Assembly: GCA_964007735.1 (NCBI GenBank)
Contig: CAXGAI010000001.1
Span: 129,798-193,797, forward strand
Length of the DNA stretch: 64,000 nucleotides
Source: an uncultured Rhodopirellula sp.
GTDB taxonomy: Bacteria; Planctomycetota; Planctomycetia; Pirellulales; Pirellulaceae
Direction of reading: 5' to 3'
In this document: in pieces, positions 29,581 to 39,565 of the stretch
Position numbering within the stretch: the first letter of the stretch is position 1
Layout of the letters: the number at the start of each line of letters is the position of its first letter
The notes under the pieces: generated by a model
What the model was told of the DNA's origin: nothing
What the model saw: only the letters and a program-made list of their open reading frames with translations
Databases searched by the model: none
Program-made: the position numbers and the translations under genes

Positions 29581-31054
29581 CCGGCCGAGAATCCTTGTTA
29601 TCGGCAGTGGGTTTAGCGGTTCGATTGTCGCTGCGATCCTACGTAAACACGGTCATCATATTACGCTGATAGATAAAGCAAGCCATCCTAGATTCGCCAT
29701 TGGAGAATCATCAACTCCCACTGCGAGCCTGATTCTTCAAACGTTGATTAAACGGTATGGGTTACAGGAAATAAGGCCCTTAACTCGCTACGGTTTGTGG
29801 TGTGAGAAGTTACCGGAAGTCGGCGTCGGAGCTAAGCGTGGATTCAGCTATTTCTTTCACGCACCCGGTGACCGACCCAAAACAACGGTTGGGCATCAGG
29901 GTGAACTTCTGGTAGCAGCCAGTCATTCTCAGGCGATGGCGGATACTCATTGGTACCGGCAGGATGTAGATCGTTTCTTGCTTGAGTACGCGGTTAGTTT
30001 GGGTGTGACGAGTATCAGTAACTGTGAGATTGAATGTGCCAGCTATGATGAGTTGGAGCGGACTTGGCAAGTTAAGTTCAACATGGTTGAGCGAGATGAG
30101 ATTTTTGATTGGATTATCGATGCGTCGGGTGCCGGTGAGGTAATGTGTCGTTTGAGTAATGAGGATATAGTTAGCAGGCCTGATTTGTTAACCAATACGT
30201 CGGCAGTCTATGGCCACTTTCGAAACATTCAAGATTACGACAATCTGCTGATTGATGCCGGCATGGATATCTCAGACTTTCCTTTCTCATCGGATGTTGC
30301 AGCACAACATCATGTTTTTACTTCTCAATGGCTGTGGAGTTTGCGGTTTGATAACGGAGTGACCAGCCTTGGATTGGTGTCAGATTTGAATGGTGACGTT
30401 GATCAGGTGGATTGGTCGACCATGTTAACGACCTATCCAGCTATCCAAGCAATGCTCACTGAAAGTGAATTGGATTCGGCGACACCTTCGCTCTGTTCAT
30501 CAGACAGACTTCAGCGGTTATCATCTCGAGGTTGTGGACCAGGCTGGGTAGCATTGCCGGGTACAATTGGCTTTATTGATCCGCTGCATAGTACAGGAAT
30601 TGCACATGCACTTAGTGGTGTCGAGCGTCTCGCAGAAATATTCACACAGGATGAAGTATGTCAGCTGGCAGTGAATCAATATACCGAGGCAGTTTATCGC
30701 GAGTTTAGATTGATCGATCAGTTGATTGCCGGCTGTTACCATTTGATGCCTAGTAAGCGACACTTTGAGGCTTATTGCATGCTTTATTTTACCGCCGCTC
30801 ACAATTATGAAACTTGCCGAATGGAGATTTCAGCAAATGCAGGTTTACCCGGAATATTCCTTTCAGATGATTTTCAAATGGTAGAGTTAATCGAAGAGGG
30901 CTATCATCTTGCTCGTGAAATTTCACAGTCTGATCGATGGGAAGCTCCTGAATTGTTTGAGCAGCAAATCAGGGAGCTCATTGGTTCATTTGATCAAATT
31001 GGCTTGTGTAATCCAAACGCGCGTTCTATGTACAGATACACGGCGATTTTGTAG
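29567..31054 (+). CDS. FAD-dependent halogenase-like protein (tryptophan halogenase family)
   Basis: GSGFSG, PRFAIGESSTP, IDASG, WLWSLRF (WxWxI-like), GFIDPLHSTG. Confidence 0.8.
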   Translation: MCVVNRPRILVIGSGFSGSIVAAILRKHGHHITLIDKASHPRFAIGESSTPTASLILQTLIKRYGLQEIRPLTRYGLWCEKLPEVGVGAKRGFSYFFHAPGDRPKTTVGHQGELLVAASHSQAMADTHWYRQDVDRFLLEYAVSLGVTSISNCEIECASYDELERTWQVKFNMVERDEIFDWIIDASGAGEVMCRLSNEDIVSRPDLLTNTSAVYGHFRNIQDYDNLLIDAGMDISDFPFSSDVAAQHHVFTSQWLWSLRFDNGVTSLGLVSDLNGDVDQVDWSTMLTTYPAIQAMLTESELDSATPSLCSSDRLQRLSSRGCGPGWVALPGTIGFIDPLHSTGIAHALSGVERLAEIFTQDEVCQLAVNQYTEAVYREFRLIDQLIAGCYHLMPSKRHFEAYCMLYFTAAHNYETCRMEISANAGLPGIFLSDDFQMVELIEEGYHLAREISQSDRWEAPELFEQQIRELIGSFDQIGLCNPNARSMYRYTAIL

Positions 31055-31290
31055 TCAATTTAGGGGTGTTTGGATCAGAAAGCTATCGTTTTTACATTGG
31101 AATCGCATTTGACCGTCCTTAACCATCTGAATTAAAATGAAAGAGTCGTTAAGACACCCCGAGGAAGGTAGTCGTAGACAACTCTGAGCCAACTTCGAAT
31201 CCCACCTTTCGTTGGCTGAACCATTAAAACACGATGAATGTCTATCGACAGAAGCTTGATTGCTTGGGTTGAGATCGAACAGAGACAGAC

Positions 31291-34143
31291 ATGAAACCAT
31301 CTAAAATAATTCTCGTTTTGCTTTTTGTAGTATTGCTAAGTACTTCCTTGCAGGCTCAGCAGAACTCTCAGCTTTTGCACCAGCGCATTGACGCAGCGGT
31401 CGCATCCCAACAGCCAGTCAGTACTTCATTATTGGCAACCGACGCAGAATTCATGCGTCGACTTTATCTTGACCTGTTGGGGACGGTTCCGCGTCTGGAA
31501 GAAGCAAAAGCGTTTCTAAACGATACGTCCGAAAATCGACGTGAGAAATTGGTTGAGCGATTAATTAATGATCCGCGGCTCAATCACCATATGGCTGTTG
31601 CCTTTGATGTGATGCTTATGGAGCGTACGGCAGACTCGGCAGTGAAGACTCCCGAATGGCGACAATACCTGTACGATTCGTTTGCAAACAATAAACCATA
31701 CAATGTGTTGGCCAGAGAGATTCTATCGGCTGGTGGCACCGATCCTGAGCTAAGAGCGCCATCGAAATTCTATTTGGACCGTAAAGGTGAGACGAATCGT
31801 TTAACTCGAGATGTGGGTAGGATTTTTCTGGGCCGGGACATGCAATGTGCTCAGTGTCACGATCATCCGCTGATCGACACCTACTACCAAGCCGACTATT
31901 ACGGGCTATTTGCATTTTTAAATCGCAGTCAACTTTTTGTGAATGTAGCCAAGACTAATTATTTTGCTGAGAAGAGTGTTGGCAATGTTAGTTTTAAGAG
32001 TGTCTTTACAGAAGAAGCTGGTGAAACCGGACCCCAACTGCCGGGCAACAACCCAGTCGTGGAGCCTTATCTGCAGAAACTGGAGGAATATCAGGTTCGT
32101 CCGAATGGCGATCGTGTTAGCAAGCCAGTTTATAGCCGTCGGCAACAGCTTGCCGAACTAGCAACGAATGGTGGTAATGCGGCATTTAATCGAAATATTG
32201 CTAATCGTCTTTGGGGGATGATGAATGGTCGGGCATTAGTGATGCCGGTAGATCTGGACCATCCGGCCAATCCTCCATCAAACCCCGCTTTGATGAAAGT
32301 ACTGGAAGAAGCAATTGTCGAATTGAACTTTGATGTGAAGCAGTTCTTAAAGCATATTGTCTTGTCGAAGACTTATCAGCGTAGTTTTGATTTGGGAACA
32401 GCCCTGCAATCTTCACCGGCCAACTTAGAAGCACGTATTGCTGAGGTCACTGAACTCAAAGCACAGACGGATGAACAGGCTTATGCTGCTTTGGATAAGT
32501 GGGAAGCTAAACTAGAAGAACTTAAGACGCTACGCGTTAAATACGCTGAGGTACGGAAGATATATGTCGATGCAGATACAGCAGCGGCAGGTCAGCTGGA
32601 TAAGTATCTCGCGCAGGATGGCGCAGCATTCGCCGCTCAGACAGCCATAGACAAGCAAATCCCTTTGCGTGATTCCTTTCTAGCAGCACACGTAAGTATC
32701 GTAAAAGTTCTGGAGAGTTTGCCCGGCGACGCTGTAGCGAAAGATGCGGCAGCTAAGTTTAAGGTGAAACTGGATGCTTCCGTTGCTGCCATAGCCAAGC
32801 AGACCGATGTCAAGAAGAAGGCTGAGGAGCAAGGAAAGAAAGAGCAGGATGCTTTGACACCGCTTCAGGAGACCCTGAATAAGGCCTATATGGCCTGGCA
32901 GCCAGCCAAAGAAGAAATTTATGCGTTGGAGATCCAGGAACAAGCTTTGCGTAATGAGTTTGAGAGATTGCAGACTTTAGTCACGGCTTATGAAACTCAG
33001 GAGTATGAATTTGGAAAGATTCTTGCGAACGCTGAGCTAAAACAGGAAATGATTGCTGGGCGGCAAAAAGTTAATGCCAATACTGCTGAAGTGAAGGCCT
33101 TAGAACTAGTCGTTAGCAAGTTAAAGGCAGAGGTGCTTCAAGCTCAGTCAGAAATGACTTCTGCCGTGGAGGAGAAGCAGTCAGCGGTATCTCAAATGAC
33201 AAAAGCAACAGTAGCTCGCAATAAAAAGTCGGAAGCTATTGAGTTGTTGGTGGCTGTCATTGAAACCACTAACACGGCGACATCGACGATCGCTCAGGAC
33301 CCTCTGGTTCTTGTCACTCGGAAAGAGTTAGCCGATAGTCAGGTCAAATTGAAGACGGAACTTACTGCTCTGGACGCAGCAGTACAGGCTGCGACCCAGG
33401 AGGTGAGTACTAAAACGAAGACGGCGGATGCAATCATGGGTAAGGTTAAGGCCATGGTGAATAAACTTGCCGTAGCTGAAGCCAATTATGATCAGGTCCA
33501 ACAATCGTTGGCGGCGTCTTTAAAGACCGCTGTGGACTTGAGTAGCCGTTATGATGAATCCACGGAAAAACTTTCACGTCAATTAGTTAGCCAGTTTGTG
33601 GTTAGTGATTTACGTGCTTTATCACCGGAGCAATTGGCAAATGCAATGATGGAGTCGATGGGGGTTACCCAGGTCTATCGTACCTCGACGATTGCGGAAT
33701 TAGATAAAGCAAAACCACTGTCAGATGCCGATAAAAATGACAGAGCTAAGATGATTCAGCGTGAACGTGAGATTAGTGACGGTGTGGAAGCGAAAATAGC
33801 TCCCATTCGCAGTGACTTCGTAAAACTATACGGAGCGGGAGCGGGTCAGGTGCAAACAGACTTCTTTTCCACCATCGATCAGGCTCTCTATATCACCAAT
33901 GGCTCACGTCTTACAGGGTGGTTAGGATCTAACAGTTACCTTGTAGGTCAATTAGAAAAACTTGAAGACTCTGCACAAATAGCAGAGGATTTATACGTTA
34001 GTGTACTTTCACGCAAACCTAGTGCCGCTGAAGTCGAGCGAGTTCAGGAGTTTCTGACTGGTGTAGAAACCGAAAAGAAGCAGGCCATTCAAGATATGGT
34101 TTGGGCATTACTGGCATCCGCTGAGTTCCGGTTTAATCACTAG
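31291..34143 (+). CDS. DUF1549/DUF1553 (PSCyt2/PSD1) protein with long coiled-coil insertion
   Basis: DAEFMRRLYLDLLG, CAQCHDHP, NIANRLW, HPANPPSNP, LSPEQL, DMVWALLASAEFRFNH. Confidence 0.9.
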   Translation: MKPSKIILVLLFVVLLSTSLQAQQNSQLLHQRIDAAVASQQPVSTSLLATDAEFMRRLYLDLLGTVPRLEEAKAFLNDTSENRREKLVERLINDPRLNHHMAVAFDVMLMERTADSAVKTPEWRQYLYDSFANNKPYNVLAREILSAGGTDPELRAPSKFYLDRKGETNRLTRDVGRIFLGRDMQCAQCHDHPLIDTYYQADYYGLFAFLNRSQLFVNVAKTNYFAEKSVGNVSFKSVFTEEAGETGPQLPGNNPVVEPYLQKLEEYQVRPNGDRVSKPVYSRRQQLAELATNGGNAAFNRNIANRLWGMMNGRALVMPVDLDHPANPPSNPALMKVLEEAIVELNFDVKQFLKHIVLSKTYQRSFDLGTALQSSPANLEARIAEVTELKAQTDEQAYAALDKWEAKLEELKTLRVKYAEVRKIYVDADTAAAGQLDKYLAQDGAAFAAQTAIDKQIPLRDSFLAAHVSIVKVLESLPGDAVAKDAAAKFKVKLDASVAAIAKQTDVKKKAEEQGKKEQDALTPLQETLNKAYMAWQPAKEEIYALEIQEQALRNEFERLQTLVTAYETQEYEFGKILANAELKQEMIAGRQKVNANTAEVKALELVVSKLKAEVLQAQSEMTSAVEEKQSAVSQMTKATVARNKKSEAIELLVAVIETTNTATSTIAQDPLVLVTRKELADSQVKLKTELTALDAAVQAATQEVSTKTKTADAIMGKVKAMVNKLAVAEANYDQVQQSLAASLKTAVDLSSRYDESTEKLSRQLVSQFVVSDLRALSPEQLANAMMESMGVTQVYRTSTIAELDKAKPLSDADKNDRAKMIQREREISDGVEAKIAPIRSDFVKLYGAGAGQVQTDFFSTIDQALYITNGSRLTGWLGSNSYLVGQLEKLEDSAQIAEDLYVSVLSRKPSAAEVERVQEFLTGVETEKKQAIQDMVWALLASAEFRFNH

Positions 34144-34173
34144 AACGCAGTCATTTTTGAAGGGAAAACGAAA

Positions 34174-35469
34174 ATGAGATGTAATTATTCATGTAAGTCC
34201 GCCGAGCATAGTATTGCTCGCCGAGGTTTTCTCGGTGGGATGCTTGGTGCCGCAGGCTCTGCGGCGTCCGTCGTTGGTGGATTAGGTGTTTTTACCAATC
34301 CAGCGATTGCAAAAGAGTTAGCCAGTCAACAGAAGCGTGTTGTCGTGTTTAATATGTCGGGAGGATTGAGTCAGTTGGAAAGCTGGGATCCAAAGCCTGG
34401 CCAGGACACTGGCGGGCCATTCCGAGCGATTCCAACTTCCGTGCCCGGCGTGCATATTTCAGAGTTGCTTCCAATCACGGCTAAGCAGATGCATCATCTG
34501 GCATTGGTTCGAAGCATCAATACCAAAGAGAACGATCATGGTAAGGGTCGATACATGATGTTTACAGGGCGTCGACAGACTCCGGCTCAGGAATTCCCTC
34601 AGATCGGTGCGGTGATGGCCAAGGGACTTGGTGCTGATAAGAATGCCCTGCCAGGCTATATCCAAGTTTCAAGTAGTACAGGGGGTCGTAGTAACGACTC
34701 CGCCTATTTAGGTCCGGCATTTGCGAGTATTCGAATTGCGAGCGGTAAGCCACCAGCCAATTCGGCTCGACCAGATGCGTTGGATGAAAAACGGGACATG
34801 CTGCGTAATAGCTTCCGTAAACTGGCGAATGACGATTTTTCCCTTCGTCGTCGTTCTGCTCAAACGGATGCTTATACACAGAGCTATGAGCAGGCTCAGC
34901 AATTGATGGCAAAACGAGATGTCTTCGATATCACCAAAGAGCCTCAGAAGGATCATGAACGATATGGTGATCATCAGTTAGGCCAACACACGTTGTTGGC
35001 ACGTAGGTTACTGGAAAATGGCGTGACGATGGTGCAAGTGACACACTCGAACTACGATACTCACAACGAAAATTTCAATTTTCACTTCGAACAGCTGGGT
35101 GAATTCGACCGAGCGTTTGGTACATTTGTTCAGGATATTGCCGACCGGGGCATGCTGGAGAGTACGTTGATTGTAGTTTTAAGTGAATTTGGGCGGACGC
35201 CAAGAATCAATCAGCGGTATGGTCGCGATCACTGGGGATCCTCCTGGTCCATTTGTTTAGGTGGTGCCGGCATACAGCGAGGAGCCGTGATTGGCGCGAC
35301 CGGTGACGATGGTGTTCAGATTAAGGATCGTGAAGTTGATCATGGCCATCTATTCCATACCTATTTGCAGGCGGTTGGAGTGGATTCACTTGGCCACTTT
35401 AGTATCGGTGGACAAGACATCCCCGTGGCGGATCCGGCCTACGCGCCGATCGAGGAGTTGCTGATCTAA
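34174..35469 (+). CDS. DUF1501 domain protein (Tat-exported)
   Basis: RRGFLG Tat motif, GGLSQLESWDPKP, LLARRLLENGV, SEFGRTP, GRDHW. Confidence 0.92.
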   Translation: MRCNYSCKSAEHSIARRGFLGGMLGAAGSAASVVGGLGVFTNPAIAKELASQQKRVVVFNMSGGLSQLESWDPKPGQDTGGPFRAIPTSVPGVHISELLPITAKQMHHLALVRSINTKENDHGKGRYMMFTGRRQTPAQEFPQIGAVMAKGLGADKNALPGYIQVSSSTGGRSNDSAYLGPAFASIRIASGKPPANSARPDALDEKRDMLRNSFRKLANDDFSLRRRSAQTDAYTQSYEQAQQLMAKRDVFDITKEPQKDHERYGDHQLGQHTLLARRLLENGVTMVQVTHSNYDTHNENFNFHFEQLGEFDRAFGTFVQDIADRGMLESTLIVVLSEFGRTPRINQRYGRDHWGSSWSICLGGAGIQRGAVIGATGDDGVQIKDREVDHGHLFHTYLQAVGVDSLGHFSIGGQDIPVADPAYAPIEELLI

Positions 35470-36500
35470 TGACGTTTCCAGTAGCCAAGACAGATCCAAA
35501 AGCCTGTCATTTGTCTAAGACCCTAACGTACGCGAAGCCTTTGGTGTCGTGTCGTTTTGATCCCACTGGTCGCTACCTATTCGGTGCGTCACAGGACTTT
35601 GCCGTCGTCCGTTGGACGCTGGCAGATGACTCAATGAAGGTTTATAAAGCTCATAATTCATGGGTGCGGGGGCTTGAGTTTTCCAAAGATGGCAAGACGA
35701 TTATTAGTAGTGGCTATGATGACCGGCTGTTCTTCTGGAACGTCGAGGACGATCGTGAAGAACCCAAGCCGGTTCGTGAGATTGTTGCGCATAAAGGCTG
35801 GATCCGAGCGATTGCTTTGAGCCCGGATGGTAAGTGGTTAGCTTCGGGTGGCAATGACCGTATTGTCAAGTTATGGGAAATGCAAACCGGCAAGCTTGTT
35901 ACCGAACTCGTAGGACATGAACGTGATGTTTATAGTCTACTGTGGCATCCGACCGACGGTACGTTGTTTAGCGGCGATCTAACAGGTCAGATTAAACGCT
36001 GGAATGTTACTGAGTCCAAAGAGACGATGAACTATGATGGCGCCGCTTTACATACATATAACGGCGGTCAGCAGGTTAGTTATGGCGGTATTCGGGGAAT
36101 GGCGCTTAGTCCCGATAACAAAACATTGTTCGCCTGTGGCCTGCACAAAGGAACCAATCCGCTGGGTGCTGTCCAGACTCCATTGGTGATCTCCTTTGAT
36201 ACACAAACAAAAGAGGCTGGTAAGAACTGGTCGATTGAAGGCTTACAGGCGATTGCCTGGCAGTTGTATCAGCACCAAGATGGCTATTTAGTGGTTGGTG
36301 TCGGAGGATCGGCCGGAGCTCATTTAGTCTTCATCAATCCGTCAGAAGAGAAAGATTTCCATCGCCTTAAAGTAGGCGATGTCGCACGCGAGTTAGCGAT
36401 GCACCCGGATGGGATACAGGTTGCACTTGCAAGTTCTAATGGTGCAGCGCAGATATGCCGTCTCGAGGCCAAACCTCCTGAGGCAGAAGGCGCTAAGTAA
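35469..36500 (+). CDS. WD40 repeat protein
   Basis: AHNSWVRGLEFSKDG, AHKGWIRAIALSPDGKWLASGGNDRIVKLWE, GHERDV repeats. Confidence 0.9.
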   Translation: MTFPVAKTDPKACHLSKTLTYAKPLVSCRFDPTGRYLFGASQDFAVVRWTLADDSMKVYKAHNSWVRGLEFSKDGKTIISSGYDDRLFFWNVEDDREEPKPVREIVAHKGWIRAIALSPDGKWLASGGNDRIVKLWEMQTGKLVTELVGHERDVYSLLWHPTDGTLFSGDLTGQIKRWNVTESKETMNYDGAALHTYNGGQQVSYGGIRGMALSPDNKTLFACGLHKGTNPLGAVQTPLVISFDTQTKEAGKNWSIEGLQAIAWQLYQHQDGYLVVGVGGSAGAHLVFINPSEEKDFHRLKVGDVARELAMHPDGIQVALASSNGAAQICRLEAKPPEAEGAK

Positions 36501-36501
36501 G

Positions 36502-36957
36502 ATGGCCAGCAGGCTTGTTACATCTCTGGTGTCTTTTGTGGTCGTTAGTATGATGACGGTGCAGGCGAAAGCTCAGGTTTTGGTGTTACCTTCAGGACAG
36601 ATCGCTTCGGTGGGTACAACGGTGAATGTTCCGGATGGCGGCTTTGTGCTCATAGGAGGCGTTTGCTACGGTGCTGAGGGTATGATCCAGCAGCGGCTCT
36701 TCGGACTCCCCTCTCTATGGTGCGTTGGTGGTGTGCCAGTATGGAATCATAGAGCTTACGGTGCTTATAACAGTCAGCCGCAAATCTATCTCGGCGCGCG
36801 GGTTCATAACTTTGAAATGCTGGATCGCAATACACTTCTACAGGGTCAGCAAATCCTCGCAACGGAACGCACAGCTGGTTTATTACCGTCTAAAGAAAAA
36901 CCGTTGCCAACCCGTATTCCATCCGCTCTAAAACGCTCGTTCTCGTCGGAACGTTGA
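36502..36957 (+). CDS. Small secreted protein with secretin C-terminal-like motif
   Basis: Signal peptide (AKA|QV); LPSGQIASVGTTVNVPDGGFVLIGG resembles secretin 'P......v.T.v.vpdG.t..lGG'. Confidence 0.55.
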   Translation: MASRLVTSLVSFVVVSMMTVQAKAQVLVLPSGQIASVGTTVNVPDGGFVLIGGVCYGAEGMIQQRLFGLPSLWCVGGVPVWNHRAYGAYNSQPQIYLGARVHNFEMLDRNTLLQGQQILATERTAGLLPSKEKPLPTRIPSALKRSFSSER

Positions 36958-37015
36958 GTGCCATTCGGTTCATAGATGCGTTAAAATTGAAACTCAGCAC
37001 GACAGGAGTTTTAAC

Positions 37016-37234
37016 ATGCGTGGCTATTTCTTACTTTTGATTAGTTTACTATCAACCAAGATGGCTTTTGGCCAACAGGTCGACGGATCACTGCAGCCGA
37101 TCTTGCTGGAGGAACGTTTCGTCTTCGAGGAATATATTTCTCGTCCGGAACTCACAACGCCAACCGGCATTGCAGTCACTCCGGAATTGGCAGACGTAAT
37201 TGTTTTCTTAAGCACGCTCAAGAGTACCGACTAA
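37016..37234 (+). pseudogene. Probable internally deleted remnant of a PVC-type heme-binding (CxxCH) protein
   Basis: Good SD (AGGAG) and signal peptide; FVFEEYISRPELTTPTGIAV (typical N-terminus) is joined directly to TPELADVIVFLSTLK (typical C-terminus). Confidence 0.5.
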
Positions 37235-39556
37235 ATGAAAGTAATCGATTCAGTTTTCTCATGGTTATTTATTGCCGTTGGAGTATTACCGGCAGCAGCG
37301 GCTCCAATTGCATTTAACCGAGACGTTCGTCCTATCCTGGCTAATCATTGTTTTGCTTGTCATGGCCCGGACAGTGGTCAGCGTCAAGCCGATCTTCGAT
37401 TAGATATTGAGGAGGTTGCAAAAGCCGATCGTGATGGTAGTTTTGTGATTCGGCCAGGAAAACCTACTGCAAGTGTGCTGATTACGCGGATTCAGGACTC
37501 AGATCAGAATCTCGTGATGCCTCCGCCACATTTCCAAAAACCGCTGACGGCTCAGCAGAAGGCAACGTTGAAACGATGGATTGAGCAAGGTGCAATATGG
37601 GAGTCACATTGGGCGTTCAGACCCCTCCAGCGCTTTCAGCCGCCTCGGGTCCGGGGAGCTAAGATTAGGAATGAGATCGACAGCTTTATTGTCGACCATT
37701 TGCAACATACATCCTCTGGATTAATTCAAAGCGAAGTCGCAGACAAAATCACACTCGTGAGACGCCTCAGTTTTGATCTCCGAGGCCTACCGCCATCACA
37801 AATGGAGGTTCAGAAATTTGTCAGTGGTGATGTGACTTATGAAGCATTGATCGATAGTTTTTTGGCATCCGAAAGTTTTGGCGAGCGGATGGCTCAGTAT
37901 TGGCTGGATTTGGTCCGGTATGCAGACTCAGGAGGTTATCACAGTGATGTGACAGTTCATATCTCACCTTACCGTGACTACGTCATTAAATCCTTTAATG
38001 ACAATCTGCCATTTAACCAGTTTACGATTGAACAACTTGCTGGGGATCTTTTACCAGCGCCTACCGAGTGGCAAATGATTGCCACGGGATATAACCGACT
38101 GAATAAGACGACGGAAGAAGGCGGAGCTCAACCTGGCGAGTACCTTGTGAAATATGCCGCTGACCGTATCCGGACGACTTCAGGCGTCTGGCTGGGTGTC
38201 ACTCTGGGGTGTGCTGAATGTCATGACCACAAATATGATCCGTTTACAGCTAAAGATTTCTATAGTTTTGGTGCGTTCTTTGCGGACATTAAAGAAGTTG
38301 GTCAATACCGGGGCGGTAATCGCGATCCCGAAATCAGGGTCCCTACGTTACCTCAGCGCCAAGAATTGCGGCGAATTGACCTGGAGATTCAAAAGGCAAT
38401 AGATGGTCAGGAACAGATCAGAGTTAATGAGTTGACAGATGCTAAAGCAGTGATCGAAAAACAGTTTGTTCGTACGATGGTTACCAACAGCGTGGCTCCT
38501 CGAGAGATCCGCATCCTTCCGCGAGGAGACTGGCTCAATAAAACAGGAATAGTTGTGCAGCCGGAAGTCCCTGTTTTTCTTTCTTTGGATACGGTTGATA
38601 ACGAGCATCGATTAACTCGGTTAGATTTAGCAAACTGGATTGTGGCGAAAGACAATCCACTTACAAGTCGAGTCTTTGTAAATAGGATTTGGAAACTTTT
38701 GTTTGGTCGTGGCATCTCTCCACGGCTCGATGATGTTGGTGCTCAGGGCGAGCCTCCGACCCACCCGGAACTATTAGATTATCTGGCGTTTCACTTTATG
38801 GAGTCAGACTGGGATGTTAAAACGCTTGTCAAATATATAGTTTTGTCGCACACCTATCAACAAAGTTCATTAGTATCTGCTCAGGCAGCTAAGGTTGATC
38901 CGGAGAATGCTATGTTTGCGCGGCAGCTTCGCTGGCGGCTCGACGCCGAGTTCATTCGGGATACAGCATTATCGATTTCAGGATTGCTAGATAAAACTGT
39001 TGGTGGCCCGAGTGTATTTCCCTATCAACCGGCGGGGTACTGGCAGTATTTGAATTTCCCTACCCGTAGTTGGAAGGCAGACAGGGGGCAACTGCAATAT
39101 CGGCGAGGCCTTTATACACATTGGCAACGAACTTTTGTGCACCCGTCCATGCTGGCATTTGATGCTCCCACACGTGAAGAGTGTGTGGCTCAGCGTCCTG
39201 TTTCAAATACACCTTCCGCTGCTCTGACATTGCTCAACGATCCCTCCTTTGTTGAAGCTGCCCGTGCTCTGGGACAGCGCGTGATTCAGGAAGGTGGTAC
39301 GACAGATATCGAAAGGATTCACTGGCTTTTTCAAACGGTGTTATCGCGTCGTGCTAGTGAGAACGAGATGACGAAAATGATCGAGTTGCTTGGGCAATTG
39401 AAAATTCAGTACGCGATGGACGTCAAAGCCGCAGCTGAACTTCAAGCTGTTGGGCAATTTAAACTGGAGCCGGATGTTGATATTGGGCAGGCATCTGCCT
39501 GGGCGATGTTGGGCCGGGCGCTACTTAACGTCAATGAAGCGATCTGCAGGAATTAG
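37235..39556 (+). CDS. Planctomycete cytochrome c (PSCyt1) + DUF1549 + DUF1553 protein
   Basis: FNRDVRPILANHCFACHGPD, HWAF, FGERMAQYWLDLVRYADS, CAECHDHKYDP, NPLTSRVFVNRIW, RLDAEFIRD. Confidence 0.93.
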   Translation: MKVIDSVFSWLFIAVGVLPAAAAPIAFNRDVRPILANHCFACHGPDSGQRQADLRLDIEEVAKADRDGSFVIRPGKPTASVLITRIQDSDQNLVMPPPHFQKPLTAQQKATLKRWIEQGAIWESHWAFRPLQRFQPPRVRGAKIRNEIDSFIVDHLQHTSSGLIQSEVADKITLVRRLSFDLRGLPPSQMEVQKFVSGDVTYEALIDSFLASESFGERMAQYWLDLVRYADSGGYHSDVTVHISPYRDYVIKSFNDNLPFNQFTIEQLAGDLLPAPTEWQMIATGYNRLNKTTEEGGAQPGEYLVKYAADRIRTTSGVWLGVTLGCAECHDHKYDPFTAKDFYSFGAFFADIKEVGQYRGGNRDPEIRVPTLPQRQELRRIDLEIQKAIDGQEQIRVNELTDAKAVIEKQFVRTMVTNSVAPREIRILPRGDWLNKTGIVVQPEVPVFLSLDTVDNEHRLTRLDLANWIVAKDNPLTSRVFVNRIWKLLFGRGISPRLDDVGAQGEPPTHPELLDYLAFHFMESDWDVKTLVKYIVLSHTYQQSSLVSAQAAKVDPENAMFARQLRWRLDAEFIRDTALSISGLLDKTVGGPSVFPYQPAGYWQYLNFPTRSWKADRGQLQYRRGLYTHWQRTFVHPSMLAFDAPTREECVAQRPVSNTPSAALTLLNDPSFVEAARALGQRVIQEGGTTDIERIHWLFQTVLSRRASENEMTKMIELLGQLKIQYAMDVKAAAELQAVGQFKLEPDVDIGQASAWAMLGRALLNVNEAICRN

Positions 39557-39565
39557 GATGCATAA

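Noticed and set aside
7566..31054. Functional link between the deiodinase-like selenoprotein and the halogenase operon
   Set aside because: About 20 kb apart with unrelated housekeeping genes in between; no sequence evidence for coupling
31187..31217. AGCCAAC…GTTGGCT hairpin in the leader of the DUF1549 gene
   Set aside because: Single 7-bp stem with a large loop; no match to a riboswitch I recognise
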